From an uncultured Eubacteriales bacterium (GTDB taxonomy: Bacteria; Acidobacteriota; Aminicenantia; Aminicenantales; Aminicenantaceae), in the NCBI GenBank assembly GCA_964445575.1, contig CAYULB010000002.1, forward strand, positions 158 to 64,157: a stretch of DNA of 64,000 nucleotides, given 5' to 3'. Below the pieces are notes generated by a model. That model worked only from the letters and a program-made list of their open reading frames with translations, did no database searches and was not told where the DNA came from. The position numbers and the translations under genes are program-made. Shown piece after piece: positions 1 to 9,445 of this stretch (the first letter of the stretch is position 1; each line of letters begins with the position of its first letter).

Positions 1-2170
1 TGTCTTTATAATCAGCTCCAGCCCGGGCCATGCCAAAAGCTCCTATCTGACATAGACCGACTCCGTGTCCCCATCCCTTTCCATTAAAGGTAAAGTATTT
101 GACCTGTCCTGTCTCATTATATTCTCTATCTATAACAAAATAGGTCTCCTTGAGACCTAAAACTCTTCGGATTCTCAAGCCCCTGACTTCAGCCTCTCCC
201 TTGATTCCTTTGACCATGATTTTTGCGATTCTTTTGGAATCCCCCCAGGCAGTGGGGATGATATCCAGTATATCTCCTACCGGATAAAATCTATTGACCC
301 TCCGGCTTATCTCTTCGACAGATTTTCTGACCTTCCACCGGTGATGACTGGACTGGCGGTCCATTATGTTGGTCTGGGGTGGATAGATGACTTCAAGAAA
401 AACAATTCCCTCTTCATTAGCTATGAATCTTATCTTTTCCCCCCCTACCAGCCTTAAATTGGAGACAAACGTTCTTTCTCCCTCATAGTTTTTAACAAAA
501 AAGGCATCACCCGCAAGAGGATGGCTGATTTCGTTTCTGTCACTTTCAAAAATCAACTTTTCATCTTCTTGTTTTATAAATTTTGCTTTTTTATAGGGAA
601 TGCCTTGAGTCAAAACAGCTTTCCATAAATTATAAGCTGCTTCTCCCCTTGTCATTTCTCTTTCCGGGTCCTGAACCTCCTCCACACCGGAAAAAATTCC
701 AGACTGAATCAAATAAGCAGCGTGAGGCTTGCTGTCTCCGTTCCAATCGCTCATTTCTCTGGTCAGAAATCTCTTCTCAGAATCCAATAAAAGATTATCC
801 ACTCTTTTCTGCCAGTCGAACACAGAAATAATCATTTCAGCAAAATTCTGACAGGTTAAGGAATCTTTATCAGCAAGTTCAGCTTCCTGCTTTGTTCCCA
901 TTGCCTCTGCTGCCCGCTGGGCCCATTCCCGCACTTCAGAATAAGATGCGTTCTCCTTATAAAAAAATGGCCCCTTGCCTTCAGGGAGAATTTTCATGCT
1001 GGTCAAAGCCGCAATCTCATAACTGATGTTTCTGGAACTTGAATAATGGGGCAGGACTTTCCGGGATGTTTTGAAATTCCATTCTTTCTGTGACTCATAA
1101 GTGCATTCAGTGCTTCTCAAATAAGGAAGGGCTGGCCCCATAAAAACATCTTCTACATTCTCTGTTTTTCCTCCGCAAGTACTGGTGTAGAGAGCTTCGA
1201 TCAGTTCGCCTTTGTAAACCGCTACCTGACCTTTTGTCTGCTCTACAGCTTCCGTACTCAAGGCATGCTCTGCATTCATTCCTTGATAAAACTGAGAATT
1301 GGGAGTGTCGTCCAGGTCAAAGTCAAGGCTTTGATTCAGCTTCATGTTTTTAAGAGCATAGGTTCTGGCTGCAACAGCCTGTGCTTTTTGAGCTTCCACT
1401 TCTCTGAATTCATAAGGAGAAAGCTCACTCGGAGCAACGGATTTCAGATAATCTTCGATATAAAGAGTATTGATCAGCACAATTCCACGGCTTCCTTTTT
1501 TTAATATAAAAATCCCTCTGTAATCTCGGCCTTCATAAGACAAATAACTCTGATAGCTGGATGGGATGAAATACAATACGGTATTTTCATCCAAACTCTT
1601 TATTTTATCTCCCACCAAAATCCAGGTGGGTTTTGAATCTCTATCTGTTATCTCTTCTCTTATGATCCAGGGGTCATACTTTCCTATCTCGTTTAACCGG
1701 GCAATAAAACCCAGAGCATCGCTTCGAGTGGCAAAATCTCCCACATTGACCCGGTACTGTCCAGTGACATCAATTCCAGGACTTCTTGATACAAAGACTT
1801 TGTGAAAGACCTTGTTTCTCAACTCCTGGGCTATCAACTCAGCTTCTTCTCTTTCATCAGAATAAGCGACTTGAACAAGATATTTTTCATTTAATTTATC
1901 TTTTTTTCCTTTGATATAAGCTTCACTGACTTTCTCCGCTATGGATGTATAATTTGTTCCTACCTCATAGATATTCATGCCTGCTGAAGCCGTAATTTCA
2001 ATGCTTTTTAAATTATCACCTAATCCGACCCTGACAACTGGAGTCTGGATAGAATATCCATGAAAAAAATTCTTGTCACTTCCATACTCCATTGGCAGGC
2101 CGCTCAAAAGAAAAAAAGATAGAAAGATGACGATAAAATACTTTATATTTTTTGAAATAATTTTTTTCAT
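1..2170 (-). CDS. SpoIID/LytB-domain protein with signal peptide and SPOR domain (C-terminus runs off the window start)
   Basis: Absent from the ORF track because there is no stop in the window. My reverse-strand translation from the ATG (complement of 2168..2170) stays open to position 1. It starts MKKIISKNIKYFIVIFLSFFLL. SPOR-like VQVAYSDEREEAELIAQELR and YRVNVGDFATRSDALGFIARL. SpoIID-type motifs AQAVAARTYAL, YTSTCGGKTE and GHGVGLCQIGAFGMA. Confidence 0.75.
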   Translation of the reverse strand, partial: MKKIISKNIKYFIVIFLSFFLLSGLPMEYGSDKNFFHGYSIQTPVVRVGLGDNLKSIEITASAGMNIYEVGTNYTSIAEKVSEAYIKGKKDKLNEKYLVQVAYSDEREEAELIAQELRNKVFHKVFVSRSPGIDVTGQYRVNVGDFATRSDALGFIARLNEIGKYDPWIIREEITDRDSKPTWILVGDKIKSLDENTVLYFIPSSYQSYLSYEGRDYRGIFILKKGSRGIVLINTLYIEDYLKSVAPSELSPYEFREVEAQKAQAVAARTYALKNMKLNQSLDFDLDDTPNSQFYQGMNAEHALSTEAVEQTKGQVAVYKGELIEALYTSTCGGKTENVEDVFMGPALPYLRSTECTYESQKEWNFKTSRKVLPHYSSSRNISYEIAALTSMKILPEGKGPFFYKENASYSEVREWAQRAAEAMGTKQEAELADKDSLTCQNFAEMIISVFDWQKRVDNLLLDSEKRFLTREMSDWNGDSKPHAAYLIQSGIFSGVEEVQDPEREMTRGEAAYNLWKAVLTQGIPYKKAKFIKQEDEKLIFESDRNEISHPLAGDAFFVKNYEGERTFVSNLRLVGGEKIRFIANEEGIVFLEVIYPPQTNIMDRQSSHHRWKVRKSVEEISRRVNRFYPVGDILDIIPTAWGDSKRIAKIMVKGIKGEAEVRGLRIRRVLGLKETYFVIDREYNETGQVKYFTFNGKGWGHGVGLCQIGAFGMARAGADYKD

Positions 2171-2409
2171 TTTGCTGACTTTTTTATTGCTTTTATATTA
2201 TTATAGTTGTTTTCTTTCAGTTATGTCAACAAAAAATTACAATATATTCAACATTTTATTTTCACCGTACTACATATTGTGCCATGTTCGTTTCATCAAT
2301 GTTTATACACCCTAGCGGAAAAGAATCTTTCTGTCAAGGGGAAAAGCGGCATATTTTTATCTTTAAACTTTTTTAGAGAAGCATTAAACTTACCTTAAGG
2401 AGGAGGACA

Positions 2410-5400
2410 ATGAGAAAAGAAATTTCACTGATTATATGTTTCACACTGTTTTTTTCCTACAGCCTGGGTAGTGAGGTCAGCAGCCTTTCTGAAGTATTTG
2501 CTTTAGGAAAAGGACTGGAGGATAGAGATGGAGACAGTCTTCCGGATCATATCAGATTGTCCCTAATCATTCCTGAGAACAGCTCCTCGTATGAGGTTCT
2601 CTCCGCTTCGGATATAGCTGCCAGAGCTAACCTGGAAAGCCTGGTAGTCAATATGGACCTTCTCTCCAGAAATACCTCTCCTGTTTTTAATAACAAAGAC
2701 CGCACCTGTCCCATCATCATAAGCCACGACCTTTTATGGATTAAAAAAACATTTCCTAGCCTGGATGGAATACCAAAAGAAATCCCGTCTCATCAAGGGC
2801 TGGTCTTTATCTCTCAATCAGAAAACAAAAAAGTTGTGGTGGTGACCGCCGGCTCCCCGGAATCCCTGCTCAAAACCAGCCGGTCTTTCTTCTTGAGATG
2901 GCCTTATCTCTGGGATATTTGGGGAAGAGAACAAGGAGCGACCTATCAAAAGGTAGAAGAAGACATCCGACATTATCTAGAATCCCAACTCATAAAAACC
3001 CCCCAAATCAAGATCACCTCTGCACTTTATGAATTTCCAGATAAAGAGTCATCCTATGAAACCATTAACAGATTGGAATACAACCAAGGCCAGATAAAAA
3101 CCCTTACCGTTGACCTGGTGTTAAAGGATAGGGATGAAGCCAGAAAAACCAATGAGGTGCTAAAAAAATTGGCTGGAAACCATTTAAGAGGGCTGGAAAC
3201 AGAAATTCTTTCTTATCCAGGTTGTTCTGAAATTATCTTTAATCTCAAGTCAAAGGACGATGCTTCCAAATTAATTCTTCCGCGGGTGGGTTTTCCAAAA
3301 AGAATATTGACCCCCTTCTACAAATCACCGGTTCAGATTAAGGTGAAGGAAAATGACTTTGACCTGCTCAATATGCTTTCTCCAAACGGGCTGTACTCTG
3401 ATGAAAATCAGGATAGGATTCCTGATAACACAAATACATCCATAGTCATCCCGGAAAATTACGGCCCAAGAGAAATCGCCGCTCTCGCCTCAAGGTTGAC
3501 TCTCCATACATCTGGAGCCTCTTTTCCTCTGACTTACATGGATTCAGAAATTGAAGAACCTAAGGAACTCCCGAATCCCATTATCATAGGCAAGGAAAAC
3601 ATTCTGTACCAGGATCTGGTCAAAACAGGAAAACTGAGTGCTTCAGAGCTAAAACCGGGGACAGCTGCTGTTCACATCATTCCCCAGGCTTTTAACCAAT
3701 CGCCGGCTGTAGCTGTCTTTGGCTCAGACAAAAAAAGCCTGGCCGGGTTGTTAGAATATCTCTCTCTTACTTTTCCTTACTTTGATGAATACAAACAAGG
3801 AAATCCTGAATTCAAGGACATCTCCCTCTGCCTCGAAGATTTCTTTCACGGGAAAAAGGGCAGTGCAGAATCCTATTTTTTCAATGAATTGAAAAACACT
3901 GTCCAAAAAATCAAACATAAAAAAATAACATCATTTTCAGTTGATTTCTATCTGCCAGAAAAAAATAAGCTTTTTGAAAAATTCATTCACCGGATGTTAA
4001 AAAATGAATTAGATGCCAAAGAGGTAAACACAAAATCCTTTTCTTTTGATGACAGTAACGTCATTTTCAAGATGGAAAAAACCTTTGATTGGGAGGTGGA
4101 GGAAGTTTACAGAATCCTTGATGAAACTCTGGCCAGTGGTCAGTTAAAAGGAGGCCCTCTTCAAATAAACCTAGGAGTCAGTGAGTCCCCCAAAAGCAGG
4201 GAGAAAATAAAAACAACCATTCAGGAAATATTAAAGAAAAATAACATCAATGACTTTCATGTTGATGTTATGTCTTCTTATAAACAAGGGTTTTTCTGGT
4301 TAAAAGAGAAGGTCATTCCTTCTCTTAAATCAAAAAATCCGAACCAGATATTGATCAGATTCTCTCGAACTAACCAGGACTTTACCAACTCAAAAAGATT
4401 TTATCCTGACCCCTCCCGGTGGCTTCAAGAACTGTATCCTATAGACGAAATCATTTCTCAAGAAACAGGAATTCCCCTTGAAAAAATTATTTTTGAAATG
4501 AAAGAAGAACAAAAACCTACCTATGAAATCACAGCCTATGATGAAAATGACCTTGAGGTTTTTAAAGGCCAATTTTCTCCCCGTACTAAAGAAAGCTGCT
4601 ACTTGAAAGTCCTTCCAGAATGGGGAAATGTGATTCGAACTACCGGGTGGCTTCAGATAAAAGAAAAAGAAAAGGTCATTAAAGACGTTCCCATCGCCAG
4701 TGACCTGGAAAAATTCTGGGACTTTTATCAGGAAGAAGTGCTTCCCCCTGTCTATGAATACATTCTTAACAAAACCCATAACAAACCAACGTTCGACAAA
4801 CAGCCCTACTTCAAACAGCTGTTGATTGAGCTGTGGATGAGCGAACCTGATTTTAAACTGGACCTGGACCAAGAAATCATAAGCAGTCTGGAGGCAATTC
4901 ATGATGAAATCTATTTTGATACTCTTGATTTCCTGAGAGGGATCACAGACATTCAAACCGATGAAAAGGACCTTCCTGAAGACTCCTCACGTTATTCAGC
5001 CCCGGGAAATGTCCTCCCCATAATCCATCCTTCAGCAGAAGGAGGAAAAAACAGAGTAAACATCCTGTTTGAAGACAAACTAGCAAAATCTTCCTCTATG
5101 GCCATAAACTGGAGTGATGACTTGGGGAATGAATTCCATGAAAAATTCGAATTCAAGCCCCTTGAAGCAAAAAAAATGAAAACTTCTGTTCTTCTCTATA
5201 ACTTAGAGAAAAACAGGATTGAAAACATCTTTATTGAAACAGAGATTGAAAAAGAGGAACAATATCTAAAACTTATAGAAATCCTCCAGACTTACAGACA
5301 CCTCTGTGAACAGGGAATCATTCTTACTTCATTTAACTTTCCCAATCTCAACAGTTTGACCCTTAAAATCAAACATGGAGACATCTTTAAACAAGAAACC

Positions 5401-6546
5401 ATTCCCGTTTCATGGGAAGATCCAGAAGTCTTCTCTAGAAGCGGGAACGAGTTTAGGGCTGAGTCCATCGTTCCCACAAAAGAAATCATCTCCCCGCAGA
5501 TGTGCCTCGATATTGTGGACAGGCTTTCTGAATTTGACTGCATAAACAGTTATATTGGAGGGGAGTCCTATGAGGGGAGAAAGATCCCTGTCATTGAAAT
5601 CTACTCTCCTATGGACCGGTACACCTCCCTTCCGAGACTGATTACCTTCAAACCCACACTCTACTGCAACGGCCGTCAGCATGCCAACGAAGTCTGCTCC
5701 ACCAATTACATTCTCAAATTTGCAGAACTTGTTGCAAAAAACAAGAAATATAAGTCATTTTTAAAAAAAGTAAATTTCGTTTTTCATCCCATGGAAAATC
5801 CAGACGGCGCAGAACTGGCTTACAAACTGCAAAAATTGACCCCTTTTCACAGCCTTCACGCTGGAAGATACTCTACTCTGGGAATTGACATCGGACATCA
5901 AGTCAGTGCTGACAATCCCATCCTTCCCGAAGCCAAAGTCAGAAAAAATCTATACAGCCGTTGGCTCCCGGATATACACCTCAATCTTCACGGTTATCCC
6001 TCTCATGAGTGGGTCCAGCCCTTTTCAGATTACGCTCCTTTTTTGTTCAGAGATTATTGGATTCCCCGGGGCTGGTTTGTGTATTACAGGTCTCTTTCTC
6101 TCCCCATTTATGAAAAATGGGAAAAAGCCGGAGAAGAGCTGAAAAAATATATCATAGAGGGCATGAATTCTCTGGAAAACATCCGCCTCTCCAATGAATC
6201 CCTTTATGACCGATACCACCGCTGGGCCGCTCGATGGCATCCTCATATGAACAACCTGGAGATCCAAGACGGAGTCAATATTTATTCAAAAAGACAATCT
6301 TCTCGGGAAAGCAAGCTGACGGAGAGGAGAAAAATAACTTTTGTTGAAGAAACTCCTGAACTTATGGACGAAACCGCTCAAGGAAAATGGCTGGACTTCC
6401 TGGTTGAACAGGGACTTGCTTATCTCAAAGCTCATGCTCTCTATCTTTCAGAGAGTTTTTATGCCATATCAAGAATAGAAGAAGAAATAAGAGATAAAAT
6501 CCATATCCAGTTTATACGAAGCCGGCCTGGAAAATCCCATGAATGA
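2410..6546 (+). CDS. Very large (1378 aa) secreted protein with a C-terminal M14-like zinc carboxypeptidase domain
   Basis: GGAGGAGG RBS before the ATG and an N-terminal signal-like segment. Near the C-terminus: NGRQHANEVCST (HxxE), HPMENPDGAE (NPDG) and LNLHGYPSHEW (third His), in the order and spacing expected for M14. The first ~1050 aa had no motif I recognise. Confidence 0.55.
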   Translation: MRKEISLIICFTLFFSYSLGSEVSSLSEVFALGKGLEDRDGDSLPDHIRLSLIIPENSSSYEVLSASDIAARANLESLVVNMDLLSRNTSPVFNNKDRTCPIIISHDLLWIKKTFPSLDGIPKEIPSHQGLVFISQSENKKVVVVTAGSPESLLKTSRSFFLRWPYLWDIWGREQGATYQKVEEDIRHYLESQLIKTPQIKITSALYEFPDKESSYETINRLEYNQGQIKTLTVDLVLKDRDEARKTNEVLKKLAGNHLRGLETEILSYPGCSEIIFNLKSKDDASKLILPRVGFPKRILTPFYKSPVQIKVKENDFDLLNMLSPNGLYSDENQDRIPDNTNTSIVIPENYGPREIAALASRLTLHTSGASFPLTYMDSEIEEPKELPNPIIIGKENILYQDLVKTGKLSASELKPGTAAVHIIPQAFNQSPAVAVFGSDKKSLAGLLEYLSLTFPYFDEYKQGNPEFKDISLCLEDFFHGKKGSAESYFFNELKNTVQKIKHKKITSFSVDFYLPEKNKLFEKFIHRMLKNELDAKEVNTKSFSFDDSNVIFKMEKTFDWEVEEVYRILDETLASGQLKGGPLQINLGVSESPKSREKIKTTIQEILKKNNINDFHVDVMSSYKQGFFWLKEKVIPSLKSKNPNQILIRFSRTNQDFTNSKRFYPDPSRWLQELYPIDEIISQETGIPLEKIIFEMKEEQKPTYEITAYDENDLEVFKGQFSPRTKESCYLKVLPEWGNVIRTTGWLQIKEKEKVIKDVPIASDLEKFWDFYQEEVLPPVYEYILNKTHNKPTFDKQPYFKQLLIELWMSEPDFKLDLDQEIISSLEAIHDEIYFDTLDFLRGITDIQTDEKDLPEDSSRYSAPGNVLPIIHPSAEGGKNRVNILFEDKLAKSSSMAINWSDDLGNEFHEKFEFKPLEAKKMKTSVLLYNLEKNRIENIFIETEIEKEEQYLKLIEILQTYRHLCEQGIILTSFNFPNLNSLTLKIKHGDIFKQETIPVSWEDPEVFSRSGNEFRAESIVPTKEIISPQMCLDIVDRLSEFDCINSYIGGESYEGRKIPVIEIYSPMDRYTSLPRLITFKPTLYCNGRQHANEVCSTNYILKFAELVAKNKKYKSFLKKVNFVFHPMENPDGAELAYKLQKLTPFHSLHAGRYSTLGIDIGHQVSADNPILPEAKVRKNLYSRWLPDIHLNLHGYPSHEWVQPFSDYAPFLFRDYWIPRGWFVYYRSLSLPIYEKWEKAGEELKKYIIEGMNSLENIRLSNESLYDRYHRWAARWHPHMNNLEIQDGVNIYSKRQSSRESKLTERRKITFVEETPELMDETAQGKWLDFLVEQGLAYLKAHALYLSESFYAISRIEEEIRDKIHIQFIRSRPGKSHE

Positions 6547-6636
6547 AAAATCAAGGAAAACAGATTGTATTGTAAAACCATTGAGAAACTGTTAATATAA
6601 AATCCAGATTTGGTTAATCCATAGGCGGGATTAAAA

Positions 6637-7992
6637 ATGAACCTTCTTTTGATTGACGAGGGCCTATCATTATACGACAAAGTTAAAAATTCCCCTCATA
6701 TTGATAAATGCGAAGTCTACTTTTCTGATAATATAGAATCCATTCTCAAACAAATAAAAGATTATAATATTGACGTGGTGATGGCAGATATAGACCGGTA
6801 CAAAAACAAAGCTCTTTCACTGCTGAAAGAACTTATTAAATTTGATTCATTGATCGATATCATACTCATTGGAAAAGCAAAATCTTCTGAAAATGTTATG
6901 GATGTCATAAAAAAAGGAGCTACCGATTATATTGAAAAACCAGTGAATCAAAATATCCTTGATAAGGCCCTGTGCGCTTTAAATAAAAAGAGAAATTTAA
7001 GAAAAGAAACTTTTATTCTTGAGAAAAGACTGGAAGAAAAATATTCTTTTAAAGGAATCATTGGAAAAAGTCCTTATATGTTAGAAATTTTTTCTCTTAT
7101 TGAAAAAATTTCTAAATTTTTCTCCAGCATTCTGATAACCGGGGAGACCGGTACAGGAAAAGAACTGGTGGCTCACGCTATCCATGACCTGAGCACCCGA
7201 AGCCATAAAAAGCTTGTCATATGCGACTGTGTTTCCATCCCTGAAAACCTTTTTGAGTCAGAACTCTTCGGCTATAAAAAAGGAGCGTTTACCGGAGCCA
7301 ACACCAATAAGCAGGGGCTTTTTGAGGCCGCCCATGAAAGCATTATTTTTTTAGATGAAATCGGAGAAATACCCTTGTCCGTACAAGCAAAACTACTGAG
7401 AGTCCTGGAGAGCCATCAATTCAGGCCGCTGGGGTCCAATGAGACCAAAGAAGTGGATGTTAAAGTGATTGCATCAACTAACAGGAATCTATCTGAATGC
7501 ATAACGAACAGGACTTTTCGGGAAGACCTTTTCCACAGACTCAACAAGGTAGAAGTCCATCTTTCCCCTTTAAGGGAAAGAAAAGAAGACATCCCGCTTT
7601 TAGTCCGGCATCTTCTGGAAAACCTGAGCGAGAAAGTAGACAAGAATCTAAAAGGAATCTCCATGAAAGTCCAAAAGCTGTTTACAAAATATCACTGGCC
7701 TGGAAATGTCAGAGAGCTGGAGAATGTTCTTGAAAGAGCTGCTTTAGTGACTAAAAAAGAGTTTATAGATATAAATGACCTCCCAAAATATCTGCAGAAA
7801 AGCTCTACCTTAAAGCAAAGCGCATCCCTTATCCAGAGAGAAAACCTCTGTTCTCTGGAAGATTTAGAAAAAGACTATATAATCTATCTATTGAACCAAA
7901 CAGATCACAATATAAAAAAAACTGCGGACATTTTAAATATATCCCGTACTACCCTGTACAGTAAATTAGAAAAATACCACATCCACCATTGA
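6637..7992 (+). CDS. Sigma-54-dependent Fis-family response regulator (NtrC-type enhancer-binding protein)
   Basis: Receiver domain (LLLIDEG, VVMADID, GATDYIEKP). AAA+ core with GETGTGKELVAHAIH, ESELFGYKKGAFTGA (GAFTGA sigma-54 contact loop) and FLDEIGE. C-terminal Fis-type HTH KKTADILNISRTTLYSKLEKY. Confidence 0.9.
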   Translation: MNLLLIDEGLSLYDKVKNSPHIDKCEVYFSDNIESILKQIKDYNIDVVMADIDRYKNKALSLLKELIKFDSLIDIILIGKAKSSENVMDVIKKGATDYIEKPVNQNILDKALCALNKKRNLRKETFILEKRLEEKYSFKGIIGKSPYMLEIFSLIEKISKFFSSILITGETGTGKELVAHAIHDLSTRSHKKLVICDCVSIPENLFESELFGYKKGAFTGANTNKQGLFEAAHESIIFLDEIGEIPLSVQAKLLRVLESHQFRPLGSNETKEVDVKVIASTNRNLSECITNRTFREDLFHRLNKVEVHLSPLRERKEDIPLLVRHLLENLSEKVDKNLKGISMKVQKLFTKYHWPGNVRELENVLERAALVTKKEFIDINDLPKYLQKSSTLKQSASLIQRENLCSLEDLEKDYIIYLLNQTDHNIKKTADILNISRTTLYSKLEKYHIHH

Positions 7993-8200
7993 ACTGATTT
8001 ACCTCACTTATTCATCAGAAGGCTAGATCTTCAATGTCGCTTCACCCACACCTCAATTTTATGAAGCTGCACTTTTTTATATAATCTTTTTCTTCAATGT
8101 CTTGCCTTTATCGCTTTCCTTGCCCCTTTCACACTAAATAAACAAGATAGACCAAATAAACTAACCCGGATTATTATTTCAACCTATAATCCACCTGAAA

Positions 8201-8217
8201 TGTTCAGTTATTGAACA
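8201..8217. promoter_or_regulatory. Palindrome TGTTCA-N5-TGAACA, candidate upstream activator site (distal)
   Basis: Perfect 6-bp arms, TGTTCAGTTATTGAACA, in the 432-bp intergenic region downstream of the EBP gene. It lies about 166 bp upstream of the -24 GG. Confidence 0.4.
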
Positions 8218-8277
8218 ATATTCTGTTGATCATTACAACTCATTTATTTTGAACAAGTTACCTGCCACCTGCCAATT

Positions 8278-8300
8278 AAGTGTTCATTATATGAACACTT
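8278..8300. promoter_or_regulatory. Palindrome AAGTGTTCA-N5-TGAACACTT, candidate upstream activator site (proximal)
   Basis: Perfect 9-bp arms with the same TGTTCA/TGAACA core as 8201..8217. Centre is about 86 bp upstream of the -24 GG. An extra half-site TTGAACA sits at 8249..8255. Confidence 0.45.
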
Positions 8301-8373
8301 AATCTGATACTTATATTCCGAATGAATTTCTATATCTCTTTTATTATAAGCAGCTTACAACTCTTTGGGCTCA

Positions 8374-8389
8374 TGGCATCCATCTTGCA
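8374..8389 (+). promoter_or_regulatory. Sigma-54 (-24/-12) promoter
   Basis: TGGCATCCATCTTGCA against consensus TGGCAC-N5-TTGCW. GG and GC have the canonical spacing. It is 36 nt upstream of the ATG at 8425, with the RBS AAGAGGA in between. Confidence 0.6.
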
Positions 8390-8424
8390 ACCTATATAAG
8401 TAAATTCAGAAAAAAGAGGATGCC

Positions 8425-9066
8425 ATGTTTAAAGCCAAAAATCTTAAAAAGTCAGACAGATTCCTTTCAGTGCTAGTCATGGCAGCTATTATTTCTTTTA
8501 TGCCCTTAAAAGCTGAAAAAGATAATGATGGAGAAGTGATGACCACAAACCTAACATCCTCTTTCACTGTAATCACCTCACAAGAACTAACTCCACTGGG
8601 AAAACCTTCTTTTGAAAGCTTCCTGATTTATGATTTCTCAAAAAACAAACAGTCATTTGATTTTTTTCTCAACCCAGTCCTTCCTAAAGCCGAAGTCACT
8701 AAATACCCAAATACATACAGACACATCCAAGAATACAAGAAATCTCATCGGTTTGAAAAATCCTTATTTGAAGCCAGTTTAATTGCTAACCTGGCTCTCA
8801 ATGCCGCTGATTATTTTTCCACCAGAGAAGCATTGAAATATGATGGCCTGCAGGAAGGGAATCCATTCATGAAGCCTTTTGTCAAAGACGATATGACTTT
8901 TGCAGCTGTGAAAATCGGACTGACAGTTGGCAATTATTTTATGATGAAAAAACTCTTTAAAAGAAATAAAACTTTAGGATGGATTATGAGCATAGCCAGT
9001 AATCTGGCGTTATCCTATGTAGTATCCAACAATATGGCTCACATATATGAGGCCAGAAACAAATAG
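8425..9066 (+). CDS. Membrane protein of unknown function (DUF5658-like by recollection)
   Basis: Good RBS and an N-terminal signal/TM segment. C-terminal hydrophobic helices with LNAADYFSTREALKYDGLQEGNPFMKP. The family assignment is from memory only. Confidence 0.4.
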   Translation: MFKAKNLKKSDRFLSVLVMAAIISFMPLKAEKDNDGEVMTTNLTSSFTVITSQELTPLGKPSFESFLIYDFSKNKQSFDFFLNPVLPKAEVTKYPNTYRHIQEYKKSHRFEKSLFEASLIANLALNAADYFSTREALKYDGLQEGNPFMKPFVKDDMTFAAVKIGLTVGNYFMMKKLFKRNKTLGWIMSIASNLALSYVVSNNMAHIYEARNK

Positions 9067-9075
9067 TACAAAGCA

Positions 9076-9321
9076 ATGAAAAAACAAAAGGATCCTTTTT
9101 CCGGTTCAGAAAATATGAAAAGTTTCTTTTATCATTCCGTGGTCATTAAAAATATAAAAGCAAATTCAGAACCGCTGCCCACTCTGGATAAATTGAAAAA
9201 AGAATACATTGTCTACCTCCTTAAGGTAACAGGAAACAACAAAGCAACCACTGCAAAAATACTCAAAATATCCCTCCCCGGACTCGATAAAAAACTGCAG
9301 CGGTACGGAATTGCCCATTAA
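9076..9321 (+). CDS. Stand-alone Fis-type helix-turn-helix protein (81 aa), paralogous to the C-terminus of the upstream EBP
   Basis: LDKLKKEYIVYLLKVTGNNKATTAKILKISLPGLDKKLQRYGIAH aligns with the EBP tail LEDLEKDYIIYLLNQTDHNIKKTADILNISRTTLYSKLEKYHIHH. About 22 of 45 residues are identical by eye. It starts 10 nt after the preceding stop. Confidence 0.7.
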   Translation: MKKQKDPFSGSENMKSFFYHSVVIKNIKANSEPLPTLDKLKKEYIVYLLKVTGNNKATTAKILKISLPGLDKKLQRYGIAH

Positions 9322-9445
9322 GAAAACCTATCCCTGATTTTTCCCTCTTAAAACCAATTCCCATATTCTACGTATTACCAAACCAGAGAAACAATTTGCT
9401 TTACTACGTAAAAATTTCAATCTAGAATAAAAAAAGGAGGAAAAT

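Noticed and set aside
4390-4956. 188-aa antisense ORF inside the M14-like gene
   Set aside because: It lies fully within a long, well-supported sense ORF. It has a low-complexity, F/K-rich composition and no RBS or recognisable motif, which is typical of shadow ORFs in AT-rich DNA.
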